A DNA stretch of 61,868 nucleotides, filler included, from Dugesia japonica (GCA_001938525.1; 6 parts of 6 records of this genome joined end to end with filler, not necessarily neighbours in it), one strand, 5' to 3'; shown: positions 23,407 through 38,100, counted from the whole stretch's first letter. The notes: generated from the sequence alone by a model not told the origin. Numbers and translations are program-made.

Positions 23407-24435
23407 TGAAATCGAGTAATTTCTTTACACTGTTACCGAGTAATTGCTGTTCACTTATTCATCGGAGAATAATGCTAGTAAATTCATTGTTGAGCTTCAA
23501 AATTCAATTTATATGGATGGTAGTTGAGAAGTTGTTTTGTTAGATTTTACCTTTGTATATCAAACATTTCCTTTATATGGCAATTTTAAAAATTAATACA
23601 TGAAATCTAAAAATATAGTAAATGAAATAACTTTTACGCTTAATCACAAACCAAAAGTCGTGACTGTTAAGAAAAATGAGAATGCTTTTATGTCTTACAT
23701 AGTATATTTAACTCTTACTTGTGAATATCTATATGTACTCACATTTGAACATGAGAAAAGCGCACATAAATTTGGATTCCGATATAAATCTAACCTCATG
23801 GGTAAACGATTGCTTTCTATTATGTATACATTATTTAAAGATGATTCTTCATTAGAAAATGTAAAAATTATAATGGCTTATTCTAAAGTAACCTATCATA
23901 CTGTACAGTTAAAAGATGAATTATACATAACAGAAATAGACCAACTAAGTAACAATTTCACAGAAAGCGGATCTGAACTATTTAATACAATTTCTTTCAA
24001 AGCAAAAACAATCTATTTAGATTCTGACTGAAAGATGATATCAAAATTGTTACATTCGATAAAATCTTGTCAAGAACATTGGGCTTAGAAAAAGAATATT
24101 ATTCAATTGCAGAAATGAAGAATAGTGTAATACAAGTGTAATAATAGAAATCCAAAAATCATTAAGTTACATCAGCAAATGTTCATCTATAGTAGTCTTG
24201 TTGAACCTATAATTGTTTTAGATGTTAGTGTACCTTTGTTGAAATCAGTATGAATAGAAAAGCATGAAACTGATGAAACAGTACAAATAATAGTTGATAA
24301 TCCAATGTATTTACCTATTGCAACATCATGTATAAACAGTATAGAAATTAATATACGCGATGATAACGGAAAATTAATCAAGTTTCGAAAAAATTCAAAA
24401 ATCCATTTAACTTCACATTTCAGAAAACTAAATAA
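23407..24435 (+). pseudogene. Polinton minor capsid (penton)-like gene
   Basis: N-terminal LPSN...N.ASKFIVELQNSI; C-terminal FIYSSLVEP..V..PLL, INSIEINIRDDNGKLI..HFRK. Confidence 0.8.
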
Positions 24436-24870
24436 TGAATCCTGATATTTTTTTCAATGTATAGTACTGGTCAAGCAGGTGGAAAATTACTTTACTTTCT
24501 TGGAAAACAGTATGGATCCGGTTGGTTACGAACAATAGTTAGATTTGTTTTGCCGATTCTTAAAAGTATAATTTTTTTTGGTATGAAAAAAGCTCAGGAT
24601 GTACTAGCTTATGACGGAAAAAATACTACCAACATTGAAATCTAATGCAAAAGCTGCGCTTGGAAATGTTATGTCATCGTTACCTAGCCGAGTAACCAGT
24701 ATGATTTCAAACATATTACCACAAAGTATAACTAACAAAATACCATATGAAATAACTAATATGCTATCAAATTAAGTTAAAACACTACAAAATAGTAGAA
24801 AACGTAAGAAATTTCATGGATTACGTATAAAAAAACGAATGAGAGGCCATGGAACAATATTTGAAAAATG
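24435..24870 (+). pseudogene. Polinton core/PZ-like small basic protein
   Basis: GQAGG, KQYGSGWLRTIVRFVLPILK amphipathic segment, basic tail; lies between penton and major capsid genes. Confidence 0.7.
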
Positions 24871-26050
24871 ATTTGCGGTAAAACGGAATTCTGTATTTTG
24901 AATCAGCCATCTCTTCAAGCTGTAATTGAATGTGATATTTTTGAAGATGTCTTTCCTATAAATTCAATTTCTGAATCACAAAGTGACGTAGAGTTTTTTA
25001 TAAATGGATCTCAAACAGAATATTTGAATTTGAATGATACTTTGTTAGATTTAGCTGACATTCATGATGTAGTTCGGAGGTTTTATATGCTGCATACTCT
25101 TTTCAAGGAGGTAATTCTTTCGTTTAATAATTTCAAAATTAAAAGTGGAAATGGATCTTATCTTCAAAAATCAATAATTGAAATTTCAATAAATTATAAT
25201 GATGATAGTAAACATATCTGTCCTGCAACAATGTGATATGGATCAGAAGCAGATAGAAACAAGTTTATTACAAAATCAAAACAATTATCACTATGTGGTT
25301 CATTGCAACTTGATTTCATGGATCAACCTTAATACGTTATTTCAGGTGTCAATGTTCATATTCGATTGAAACAATAACCTGCTAGATTTTTTTGAAATCT
25401 GCAGCTAGTTAACCAAGATATGTAATACTAGATGCAAAATTAATGATTAGACGTGTACGCGTTGAACCTTTAGTACTAGTTGCTCATCAATTGGGATTAA
25501 AAAAGCAAAATACTGTTTACCCAATAAGAACCAAGGAAGTCATTGCATTTGCAATTAGTAAAGATAGTTCATCATTTTTTAAGGAACAAATCTTTGGCGA
25601 TCATCGAATACCTAGCATTAATCTGGTTACACTTCAAAGTGGTGAACAATATAAGGTAGTTATAAAAGTTCAAGCTCAACATTTCAAAATCTAGATGTTG
25701 TTTCTGTTTCCTTGACAAAAAACACTGATTTTCGAAAAATATATACTCAAGATTTTACAAACGATAATTATGCTATAACATATATGCAATCTATGGTATG
25801 AAATATGGGATATTTAGATAAGAATATGAATTATTGAATAACACTTCAAGAATTTAAGGATAATTATCCCTTCTTTACATTTTTTCTTGCTCCAGATTTT
25901 GATATAAATCAGAGTCAATTATCTCAACAAGGAAATTTGAGATTAGAAATAAAGTTAGCCAAAGCTTTAACAACATCGGCATATGTTATAATTTATGGAG
26001 TATTTGAAAAGGAAATTCTAATTAAAGAAAACGGACCAGTATTAGTGTAA
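24868..26050 (+). pseudogene. Polinton major capsid (double jelly-roll, hexon-like)
   Basis: VEFFINGSQTEYLNLNDT, GVNVHIRL, RRVRVEP, GNLRLEIKLAKAL..VIIYGVFE. Confidence 0.85.
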
Positions 26051-26099
26051 ATAATATGTTGTTTAATTGGTACATGCTATGAAGTAAGTGTTATTATAT

Positions 26100-26420
26100 T
26101 TATGATTTTTATTTTACTAGTACTATTCAGATTGATCGGATTGCATCAAAGTTGCTTAGTTTCCAGTAAAAAATTCCTTAATTGTCAATACGCATACATC
26201 GAATCTAGGTGAAGAACATTATATAGCTGTTTACAATAAAACCTGCTCAAATACTAGTATTCTATTCATTAGCATTTTATAATCCATCAATGTTGGTGTC
26301 ACACTTATCGAAAATATCGAAACCAATAGTCTACAATAATATCCGATATCAAAATACATTTACAACTACATGTTGTCAACCCTGTTTATAATGGTTAAAA
26401 ACACAACATTGTACTTGTCA
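26100..26420 (+). pseudogene. Polinton adenain-like cysteine protease relic
   Basis: IVNTHTSNLGEEHYIAVY and YQNTFTTTCCQPCL resemble the IVNT..GxHWxA and QxxxxxxCG motifs. Confidence 0.65.
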
Positions 26421-27194
26421 ATATTTATTTGTTTTTGTTGAAATCTTTGTTATTTATTAAAACTTAGAATAAAAATAGTAAAATAACAACATTTATTTAT
26501 AAAATATTTGTAAGTAATATGCTAATAACACATGTTTTTTATTATTTTGACACGTTTTATTATCAAAAAGAAATTAATTTAAAATACTGCAACGTAATAT
26601 ATCTGCAATATTTTAAATTAATTTGACATTTTTCAAATACACATATACTTCAATTTGATTTGTTAGATTTGAAAACCTTGAAAAAAGTTATTATTATTAT
26701 TCATCACAATTTTAAATTATATTTGCAAAACCAGTGAACAAATTCAAGAGAGCTTAAAATAATTTATTATTATTATTAACATTATTAACTTTTATTTTTA
26801 GAATTATCATGATTTCGTATAAACAAAATGGAAGAAGATTTATTTCAACTATGAATGCTGTAAGATTGTTATAATTTAGTATTAATAAATTAAATATGTA
26901 ATTGAGAATTTTAGCGAAATGAGACTTTAAGGTGAAGGATCTCGGAAGATTGTGAATGGAGATTCACGTAAGTTTTTTTTATTATGTTTTTTTAAAATAT
27001 TTTTTATAAGTTAAATTTTATTAAAATTTTAAAAACTATTATGAAAACAAATATCTTATGTCGCGTTCTATAATATGTTTCATGATATGTTCTGTGATAT
27101 GATATTATGAAGAAATTCTCTATGTTTTTCTAATGAAAAGGTTCTATGTTTTTTTATCATTTTTCTTCTTTTCATCGCTAATATGTTTTACTTT

Positions 27195-27400
27195 GAAAAA
27201 TTGTAATGCTAATGAGATTTTTTATTAAAAATTGCATCACTAATGAGATGTTTTATTTTAAATTACATCCCTGATGAGATTTTATATTAAAACTTGATTC
27301 ACTAATGTGATGTTCTATTAAAAATGGCATCACTGATGAGATTTTCCATTAAAAATTGCATCACTAACATGATTTTGTATTGAAAATTATCACTCTTATG
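27195..27400. repeat. ~33-bp minisatellite, about 6 units
   Basis: Units like AAAAATTGCATCACTAATGAGATTTTTTATT. Confidence 0.75.
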
Positions 27401-27599
27401 TTTTTTAATGTAAAATATCATAGCTAATATATTTTATAAAGAAATAAAATGTTGTTAAAATCATTATGCTATTATTAAAATTATTATATTATTATTAAAT
27501 TATTAAATTATTTTAGAACATTGCAAATTATTAAATTATTTTAGAATATTGCAAATTATACAACCATTGCGCAAGTGCAAGTCATGGAAGAATAGTATC

Positions 27600-30350
27600 A
27601 TGGAAAGATACTATGGCCACTGGTTTTATTGAAAAAATTATTTTGTGTGTCCTAATTGTAAGGTATTAGATTTATGTGACTACTTAAGTTTTTATAGGAC
27701 ACATAAGAAACACTTGTCATGTTTTAGTAAAAGTAAAAAAATTATATTAAATCAATATTAGATAGGCATATTGATAGTGAATTTTATAAAGAATCATTAA
27801 ATAAGAAAATTCAGATAGGAGAAATAACAGTTAAGGATGAGCCAATTGAAATAATTGTTATTGAAGATGATGTTAAAGAAATAATATTCAAGGATGAGCC
27901 TCTTGAAATAATTGAATATATTGAGAAAATCATTAATTTTGAACCGGAAGAAGAAGAAACTACAAATATTGTACAAGATGCAATAAATATTGAATCAGAT
28001 TATTGGAACAGTTTTGAAATTATTGATGAGCTCAATGAAGAAGATATTGTGTTTCATGAGTTCATGGATGCAGAAGAAGCAGAAAATAATCAAGTTGGTG
28101 GATCAGCAAATATAACTGTGGATGATGGAGTTAATATAGAATCGGATTTGTATCGTTGTCATAGGATTCTTAAAATAGAGGTTTCAAGATGGAATTGTCG
28201 TGAAATAATGTTACCAGAAGCAATAGTCACCAAATTATTTCAGGCAATAGAAGCAATGAAGCAAGTTAAAATTCAAGTTGAGGTACATGTTGAGTTCAAA
28301 AGGATAACAAAAACTGCTGATGGAGAAGAAGAAGAATTTAAAACCTCTAGGATATCAGTAGATAGGATAGGATAGAGCCTTTGCATTAACTGATAACTAT
28401 TTTGAAGATGGGATCAACCAAATGAATGAAAAAAATAACAATAAGAAGCAAACTAGGCTCGAGTTAGATGTTAAACAGAATACTGGAAATTAATTTCAAA
28501 ATTACAAAGGTTGCAAATATTTGTCGACTTTTTGGAAAAGTTATATTCCAACACTGAAACATTTAAAAATTAAAAGGACAATTGTAAACATCAAGAACGA
28601 TGATAATTACGGTTTTATTTACAGTATTCTTGCTATAACTAAAATAGATCAAGTTGGAGAAAATAATAGTAATNNNNNNNNNNNNNNNNNNNNNNNNNNN
28701 NNNNNNNNNNNNNNNNNNNNNNNGGAGAAAATAATAGTAATCGCGTAACATTATATAAAAAATAGAAGACGGAACTTGTATTTGATGAAGAAGATTTGTA
28801 GATGAAACTGAAGGATCTACCAAAGTTCGAGAAGAATAATCCTGGACTATCTATCAATGTTCTATCGTGGAATCAAGAATCAGTGGAGAATGAAGAAGAT
28901 GATATAGTAATGAAACATCAAAATTTGGATATAATAAATCGTTCAAAAGTGGTAGATGGAGAGAAAATATATCTGTTATTACTGGAAAATATCAACAGAT
29001 TTCATTAAACCACAGTAATGTATCTAAATCGCCTATTGACCAGAGATAATAAAAACCAAGATGTTCAAATTCAATAAACATGAGAAACATGAACCAATTT
29101 GCGAAAAAATGCAGACAGGTACTACCATGTATACGATGCAAACAGAGAATAACTTGATTTTTAAGGATTTTTCAAAAACTATAACAACACCTTTTGTTAT
29201 ATAAGCGGACTTTGAGTCAGTTTTATTTCCAGGCGAGAAGCATTTCCAGAAACATTAACTCGGTTTTGCTGGTCTGTTGTTGGTAAATAATTTTACGAAT
29301 GAATCAACATACAGAAAATTTATTGGATATGACTGTGTGTATACGTTTTTAAAGGATGTGGAGGAAATAAGCGAAAACATTGTGTTTCCTTATTATCAAA
29401 CAAAATGAAAAAAGAATGAATTATAATAACAATAGATCAAGATAAAGAATTCAAAGCTGCAAAAATTTCTTACTTATGCAAGAAGGAAATAAGAGATCCT
29501 GTTCGTGACCATGACAATAACCATCTTCATCATATCTTCAAGTATGGTATTAACAAGTCCACGAATTGGGAAATATCATACATCCCAACAACCTGAGAAA
29601 AGTTTCTATGTACGGCAAAATAAAACAAAAATTAAATTCATCGACAGCTATCAGTTCATAAATTTCTCATTGGACTCTGTCAAATCCTTAAAAGCGACAC
29701 CATTGACTACAGAGGAGTTAAAGAATCAGATTATTACCAAGTCAAAGAGGATATTTCCGTACAGTTTTGCAACGAACTTACAGGTTTTGGAAGAAACGAA
29801 GGAAATTCCGCCAAAATGGGAAATGTTAGTAAGAAAGAAAATGAGAAAGTGGGAAATATTCAACTGTACAAATTTGCTGGACTATATGATGTTATATTTA
29901 AAACTGGATGTGTATTTATTAGCTGATATTTTCTAGCAATTCTGTGCAAATTCTTTAGCACACAAGAAATTTGAAAACATTGAATTTCTTTGTAATACCT
30001 AGAATTTCATGGGCATCTGCCTTGATGTCATTGGAAAAACCAATTGAGTTGCTCCAAGATAACGATATGTATACCTTTTTCGAAGGAGGTATAAGAGGAG
30101 GGTTAACATTTGTTAATGAACACCATGTTGCCACTAGTGATAATGTTGACCTTTTGTATATAGATATTCATAATCTATATGGTTGGGCACTTTGCACTTT
30201 GCAAATTTTGAATGGATCTTTAATAAACTAGATGGCGTTTTGGACGAGTGAAAGAATCCAGATCTAGACTTATTACCATATGGAAACACTCTAGAAGTGG
30301 ACCTGGTGATTTCTGCAGATATTCATGATTATTTCAATGATTTACCGTGT
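27600..30350 (+). pseudogene. Polinton pPolB with N-terminal extension, 3' truncated
   Basis: VNIKNDDNYGFIYS, ADFES, FIDSYQF, LKLDVYLLADIF, FEGGIRGG, LLYIDIHNLYGWA. Confidence 0.9.
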
Positions 30351-31224
30351 CCACACGACACTGTCTTTGCTTACCAAATGCAATCAATAGTGCTTGCATT
30401 TTAACATTTGTTCTGTTTATATTAATTATTTCTGGACTCTGATATTGTAAGTCCATGTTCAATTTATTAGTAATGTTAACTTTTTCTTCCTTATAACTCC
30501 TTAATAGCTGTTTTTGGCGCATCAAGTTCAAAAAACCTAACCAAGTTTTTTATCAAAAATGACATGTTTAGGATCGAATGAACTTTAGGATCGAATTGAA
30601 GTTTTTTAATGCTTTCTTCTTTTTTTAATACCTAATTAAATAATAATAACTATTGTATTATTATTAATAATGATATGACCACCAAACAATCAAGAAATTG
30701 AATTTCTATTTAAACATGAAGACCTTTTTGTAGTCTCTTCTCCAACTTATAGCTATACAACAAAATGCCGTTGTTGGATATTTCTGTCATAAAGGGCTCC
30801 AAATTGTATTCTCCTTTTATTCTCTCTGCTTTTTTCACTATATGCCTATTTAAATTGTCCATATAGTTCAGTGTAAAGGTTTGATTGACGATTTATAATA
30901 CTTTGTATCCTGCATTTGGTAGAGAATCTTCATTATCTTATTTGCATATATCTATCTGCTGGAGCATTTCATATTGCTTGTATGATAAATTTCGAATATC
31001 TACCATTTTGAAAATAATGAAATATTTAAAAGAATTTCTATTTATATACATGATGTTTAATATATATATGATGTTTAATTTTATTGGTTGTGGAAGGGAT
31101 AGAAAGCAACCAGGAACCAATAGAAATTCATATAAAGAAAGAACTAATTAGTGAAGAAGAAAAGAAAAATTGTTGTTGTAATAAATGTTTCTTATTGTAA
31201 AAGGTTTTTTATTAATGAATGCAG

Positions 31225-31545
31225 TATGTATGCAATAATTATGCCACACTATAGCAACACATATACACTGAAAATCATGTGACTGGGAATTTTATTGATT
31301 TTTTAAATAAATTCATAATAAATGCAACTCAGATGCAACACACATACAATGAAAATAACGTGACTGGGAATTTTTATTAAAAAATGAAATAGGTATGCAC
31401 CTCAGATGCAAAACACATACACTGAAAATCACGTGCCTGGGAATTTTTTATTAATGAAAGCAATATGTATGCAATAGATATGCAACACAGATGCAACTCA
31501 TATGCAACACACATACATTGAAAATCACGTGACTATGAATTTTAG
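31225..31545. repeat. ~70-90 bp tandem repeat, 4 units
   Basis: ATGCAACACACATACACTGAAAATCACGTGACTGGGAATTTT variants. Confidence 0.75.
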
Positions 31546-34500
31546 ACTGCCCCACCCCTTGCAAAATATCAAGACTGCCCGATATCTCATGCAAAATATA
31601 TAAGTCTTTTCAAAAGAAATTTAATTAAATTTAATTAAGTTCAATTAAGTTTAATTAAATTAAAAAATAAAAGTTTTTTGAATTTCTCACCAAAATGATT
31701 TTCTTTAAATTTTCCGCCAAAAAAGAATGTTTTTTTTAATTTCTTGCCAAAAGAAAACAAAACTCTCTTCTTTCCTCATCAAAAAATATAAAAACCCACC
31801 CTTCCAACTGAAAAATACTCAAAAAATACTCAAAAACATCAAAAACTCCATTATACCATTAGTTTCAATAAATTCATCATTGTAAGCAATATACAGTATT
31901 TTTACACAAAATAAAGATTTCAAAAGATTATTATGTCATACCCACCTGGCAGAAAAATTTCAAANNNNNNNNNNNNNNNNNNNNNNNNNNNNNNNNNNNN
32001 NNNNNNNNTTAATTAATTAANNNNNNNNNNNNNNNNNNNNNNNNNNNNNNNNNNNNNNNNNNNNTTTGGAAAATTATTTTGAAAATAAAAAAATTATTTT
32101 GAATATTTTAAATTAAAAAAATTAAAAATTAACTGAAAATAAATTTTTAAAATATTTAATATTTAGTAAAATAAAATAAATTTTAAAATAAATAAAAAAT
32201 ATTTAAATAAAACTTTAAATTTTTTACAAAATAATACATTTTTAAATACAATCAACCCTCGTTTTACCGCCTCAATTCGTGGAAATTTGTAAACAAAACT
32301 TTATGGCGATGTAATGAGGTATGTTTAAGGATAGAAAATTCAGTATTTCAGTTGCCCCCTTGTGCGACGTAGGTACCACGTTGGGAAACACTGATCTAAA
32401 TTAAACATTAACCATACTTATACGTATTAAATACCTAAATACACGAATTGTTTTTTTTATTAAATTTGGAATAACAATTTCCACTTAAGTCATACGCAAT
32501 CAAAGTAATATGAGCTTGAAAATACTCCACTACGAAAAAATTAAAATTGAACTTACGAAGATTGTATTCTAAATTAATTTGTATTTATTATTTTTACTGT
32601 TTTATATTTAAAATATGTTTCTAATAATATGTTTCTACATTTATTCTCATGTTTTTGAATTGGTCCAATTTTAAATTATGAAATAAAAACATTGGATTTC
32701 TTTTGAACATGATCATTTTATCTGAAAGCATAGTGCAGATTAAATATCGATTTTTTAAAAGAAAACTCAATGTTTTTTAATATATTTTGTAGTATTCTTA
32801 CCAGTATATTATTTATCTATAAAAATGAAAAGTGAAAAATTGAAATNAAAATAAAATTTGAAAGTCAATGATTTAAATATTTTCATTAATTATATAATTA
32901 ACTTTATTTTTTGAGAATTTCATTGTACATGATTGTCTAAACGTGACGAGAAAATCCTTACTTATTTTAATACGTGTTCTATATATGATTTTTCGTTCGA
33001 ACCTTTGATTTCTGGAGGCTTGAACCTGAATTGTTTTAGTTGTAGTTGATCGGATATTAAGTGCCCATGAATCCTTCTTTATTATTGAACCAATTAATTT
33101 TCCAAACTTTATAAAAATTTGGAATAATAAAACAACGAAAGTTCACTTTTCTTTACAGGAGCGATATCTTTCAGTAAATGTATATTAATATCTTAATGCA
33201 TCTATTTTCATTCTATGATTTCTAGAAAATCTTTTAATTATTCCTTATTTTTTATTGAATGCCATCTAAAAATCTTCATCTGCCTAGGTCATTCATTTCA
33301 CCCGATTTATTAGAATTACTTAATATTTCACTTGTTAATGGGATTATAATAAGATAAATCATACAAACATAATGAAAGAAATTACCAAAACGATTATAAT
33401 TGGGTTCTATTGGTATTATGCTCGATTGAATCTTTTTGAATAAATAAAACAAAGTGTCCTCTGAACCTCTTAAATATTCGCAAGAATTGAACATCCCTGC
33501 TTTCGATGTTCGAGGGCGCGTTGGCGATTCTTATTTACATCGGGTGCATACACGACTCTGGTTTTCTACAATCTATTTCTTGATTGGAATTATAGATCGT
33601 AATCTAGTCGTTGCTCTGTAATCCTTTACATTATTTAAATTCGGGTCTTTGACCTGCCACTTCAATTCAACACTTATTTCGACAATATATTTCTCAAGGC
33701 ACGATAACCTTGTTATTAATTACCTACTTTCAACACGCTTGTTTAAATGTATAAACAAAAAAATCATTTTTCAAAAACATAGTAAAGTATTACTAATAAT
33801 ATTTGCCTAGCATTGTCAAAGTTCATTGTTAAACATCCTTTACATTAACGTTATTGTTTAGTTTGCTTATAATAAATTGGCAGACATTATTTATATGGTT
33901 TTCACTCAGTTTATTTATGAAATAATAATTAACTTATTTCTTATGTAAGGTTAGAAACCTTAATTAGGAAGTACCTGGTATTTTTAATGTTGGAAAAATT
34001 TATTATGAATAAATTATTTCACATGAAGCCGAAAAGTTAATATATTGCGACAATGTGGTATCTATTTATATAAACCATTATTTTTTATATTTTTATAACC
34101 TCAAATTTTACATTTACATAAAATTTTCACTGATAAGTTTTATTTCAGAGATTTTTAATGGAGAATCTTATCAATGTCTTGTTGATCATCATCATGATTA
34201 AACTCATTTAATTTTGTTTGATAGTTTAACAAATGATAATTTTTTATTATCAATGAATGTTTGTTATACCTATTACAAAAACTTGAATGCTACAAAAGTT
34301 TGACACTCATTTTAGATTTTATGTTCAGAACTGAAGAGGTTTCAAGTAGTGCTCTTCTATATAATTTTTTTTATTTCTTAATCCTGATAACATGTGAAAA
34401 TCCTTTAAAGATATTCTTTTTTCCTTCAATTTCGTGTGTGAGATTTGTAAATTTAAAAATAGTAAATGGAATTAAATTGATAGTTTTTGAATAATATTTA

Positions 34501-34549
34501 AATTGTTGGATACTCAAATCTAAAGACTGTTTAGTAACAAATATTAGTA

Positions 34550-37500
34550 TTAAGGTAATCACGCTTATAAACCAGGGGGTAGGTCCGAATTCGTGCAAAG
34601 GGCATAAACGATACTTTGTGAGCTCAAGCGATATCAGTACAACAAAGATCATTACCACTGGAACAGAAATTAAGCAGTGATTACATAGGAAAAAAGAAGG
34701 TAATCATTACCAGGAGAACAGAGTTTGGTACTATCGTAAGGCGCAAGCGATACCAGTACAATAACCTTAAGAATAAAAATTAATAAAAGGTTTGGTCTTT
34801 GGCTTGTATTTGTATGTTAGATTTTATTTGTGGAAGTTTCTAGCTTGTTGCCAAAAAATATTAGCGTGGGCGCCATCGCACATTTGCTGTATATTAAAAT
34901 TTGACAATAATAAACTTTTAAATTGGAATATTATACATAATGCTGATATTTGATATTTTTTGCTTTGAATATAAATTTTTAAATTTGTTTAAAAAAAGCA
35001 AATTAGTAGTTTTTTGTGAATAAATTTTCTATTGAATTGAGCTTTGATATAAATGATCCTATTATTACTTCAAACTCATCTAACAGTTTGAATTTTCGTT
35101 ATTTTTATTTTCAAATTATTCATTAGAAAACAATTTATTTTTATATCTCAAGCTGTTCATTAACACCGATGCGATCACAGAGAGATTCTTGCCAAAAGTA
35201 TTTTGCAATGGCGATGATCTAGAGAAATATAATGTGAAATAAAGTTTGAATAGAAGAATATCGTTATTAAGAAAGACCAGAAACTCTTAATAACATGTTT
35301 GTTGGATGACGTTTTGATGGAAGCATATATGAAAACATTGAAGAAAGCTGACGTATATCGATAGAGATTGCAATAAGCTTCTGGGATAAAAAAATTTGTA
35401 ATAACAGATTTACGGTAGCGAAGAACTTGAGGTGTTCTTTAAAAAAAGTTGACAATTTAGTCGATAGATTTTTAGCAACTGAAGAGCTGACGAAAGAAAT
35501 ATTCTTGTCTGAAATGCTAATAATTTGTTGAGATAGTAGAAGAGATAATCATGCAAAAATTGAGAAAGTAGAAGATATAAAAGAAACACTATCATTAGTT
35601 AAAAATAATAGAAAGAAAAGAACCTATTAATGTAGTAAAGAGTTACGCGGGTGTAAGACGTAGAAAACATACCGGAGACAGGAGATAAAATATCGAGAGA
35701 GTTATAAAAATAACAGAATCACAATGTTGGACATGCCAGAGTTATAGGCTCAAAACAAAATAGTGTCCAGAAAATTCAGAAGTGGCATGTTGGACTAGTC
35801 ACAAGACAGCATTTAAATAGAAATTGTCCAAACAAGAATCCACCAAAATTCTTTGGATGTAGTACCAATGGTGACATCAGAAGGATAGTTTAATAGATTT
35901 AGGAGCAAGAATAAATGTAATGAGCATGAAAACATTTAGTAGACTTGGAAAAAAAATGTTAGAGAAAAGCGAGAAACAATTTTATTTCATGAATAACAGC
36001 ACATTGGATACAATTGGAAAGATACGTGTGGAAGTTGTAGTTTCAGAAATGTGCAAGGAAGTAACATTTGTAATATAAATAAACTACCACCACATCTAAT
36101 TGGTGAATTTGAAGTTCAAAATATTTTTGGGTATCATCTTCAAAAAACATCAATAATCAACGAGATAAATTTGTTTGCAACAATGAGGAAAAGTTTGGAA
36201 GGCAAATAAAAACAAGCAAACAGTTGAGATATGCAAAAGAGATTCTAGAAATTAACAAAGATAATAAATTGACTGCGATTTTTCAGAATAATAAGGATGT
36301 AATTATGATGGATATATGGAACATTGGATTCACACATTCTTAACAAAGCAGCGAATAATCACGAAGGGATATTCAATCAACATAAAACCGTATCTTCAGC
36401 TAATAAATCTAGAAAGAAAGATTGAAGAGCCCATCAAGAATTTGTATTATAATGGTGTAATTATTAAGTGTAATTTTCAATGGAATACGCCATTATTCTG
36501 CGTTTGAAAAAAAGAAAAAACGTATTTACGATTATGCTAAACTTTAGAAGAGATCAATGCAATAACAGAAATACAAGCTTTTCCTATGCAGAATGTGGAC
36601 GAAATGCTTGATGCTTTAAAAGGTGCACAGTATTTTAGCTCAATAGACATGATAAATGCATACTATTGTTGAGATACCCTGGGGGATTTGGCCAAGATAA
36701 ATCAACAATACGTGAGTTTAAATATTAATCAAAACAATCCAAATATATTATGATCTATATTGAATTCTATTTACCTTAATATGCTTAATATAGATACAAT
36801 GATATTAATTATATATAAAGTATATAGTGTTCCTTGATAAAAAAGACTTTACAAATAAATAATAGTGATTCCTACAGTTAATAAATTTTTCCTTTAGTTG
36901 TATATCTCAGAAGATATAAACTGTTGAACAGGATTAGATTGGTAGTGAAAATGAAAAATAGTCCACTATTTATACTAGTGGCTTAACTTATCATGCATAT
37001 AACTTATAAAATTTTCCATAATAATTACAAATTTACATTAAAAATTTACCGATTATCATAATTCCATTAAAATTAATAAAAATTTTTCCATATTAATATT
37101 AATAATAAAGTTCAGATTTTGTAAATCAATTTCAATTATTAATAATAAAGTTCACGAAAATCAATTCCAGTTATTTACAATATTATAAAAAATAAAAATA
37201 AAAATACAAAAAAATAAAATTGTTCAAATCACAAATAAAAATATTGAATTGTTAATAATAAATATTCAAATTAATTGTTAACATTGGAAATTGATCAGAT
37301 TAATCACAAATATTCAAATTGATAAATGATCTTGAACAGTTGTTATCTGTTGATCTTGAGTTAGGTGGCTGAGGTACTGGTTGTTCCGATTATGTTTCGT
37401 ATTATGTTTAGTATATGTGTATGTGAGTTGTTTGTTGTGTATGCACGTGAGTGCTTATTTTCCTTTTGTTTTTGATTTTCCCCAACACTATCAAGTAGAA

Positions 37501-38100
37501 CTCAGTGAAGATTCTCAAACAAGAATCGACTAAACAAGGGCAATTTTGTTTCAATAGAATGGTTTTTGGAATTGCGGCAGCATCAGGCACATTTCAAGAA
37601 ATTATGAATAAAGTAATCATGAAAATAAATGTGGCAATGGTTTATCTAGATAATATTCTCCTGTTTACATCAAACAAATGAGTAACACTATGAAGTAATC
37701 AATAAAGTATTGACAGAAGTTAAGAGTGTCTGTCTTAAAGTCAATCCGGAGAAATGTCAATTCATGCGAAAAGAGATCAAATTTCTGCGACACATTATCA
37801 GTAAAGAAGGTGTCAAAACAGATCCAACTAAAATAAAAGCAATTAAGAACTTTAGTAAACCAAAATGCGTAAAGAAATTTTACTACTTTTGTATTCATTT
37901 CAAACATTACTTATATAGTAATAGATTTATCCTCAAAACAGACCATTAGACTTTTATGCTAAATACCAAAAAACGATCACACCACAGTTTTAAATTTAGA
38001 TTAATTATTTGAGCAGTTTAAATATAAAAATTGAATATATAGAAGGATCGCTTCATGCAAACCAGAGCATAGAAAAAATAGATTGAGATTCAGAAAATCA
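34550..38100 (+). mobile_element. Decayed Ty3/Gypsy element interrupted by a solo LTR
   Basis: LTR-like 34550-34865 then TGGGCGCC; CCHC-like knuckles ~35720-35830; LIDLGA protease; RT NAYY|QVELSEDS, YLDNIL, NPEKCQF. Confidence 0.8.
36667..37487. mobile_element. Solo LTR, 821 bp, TSD CTAT
   Basis: TGTTG...CAACA ends; CTAT at 36663-36666 and 37488-37491; removing it restores the RT motif. Confidence 0.9.

Noticed and set aside
27195-27400. CRISPR-like array or hammerhead ribozyme (CTGATGA)
   Set aside because: No unique spacers, eukaryotic context, and no hammerhead stems with a GAAA core
32950-33720. Possible THAP or transposase relic on the minus strand
   Set aside because: Only a weak SRVC-like motif; too degraded to assign
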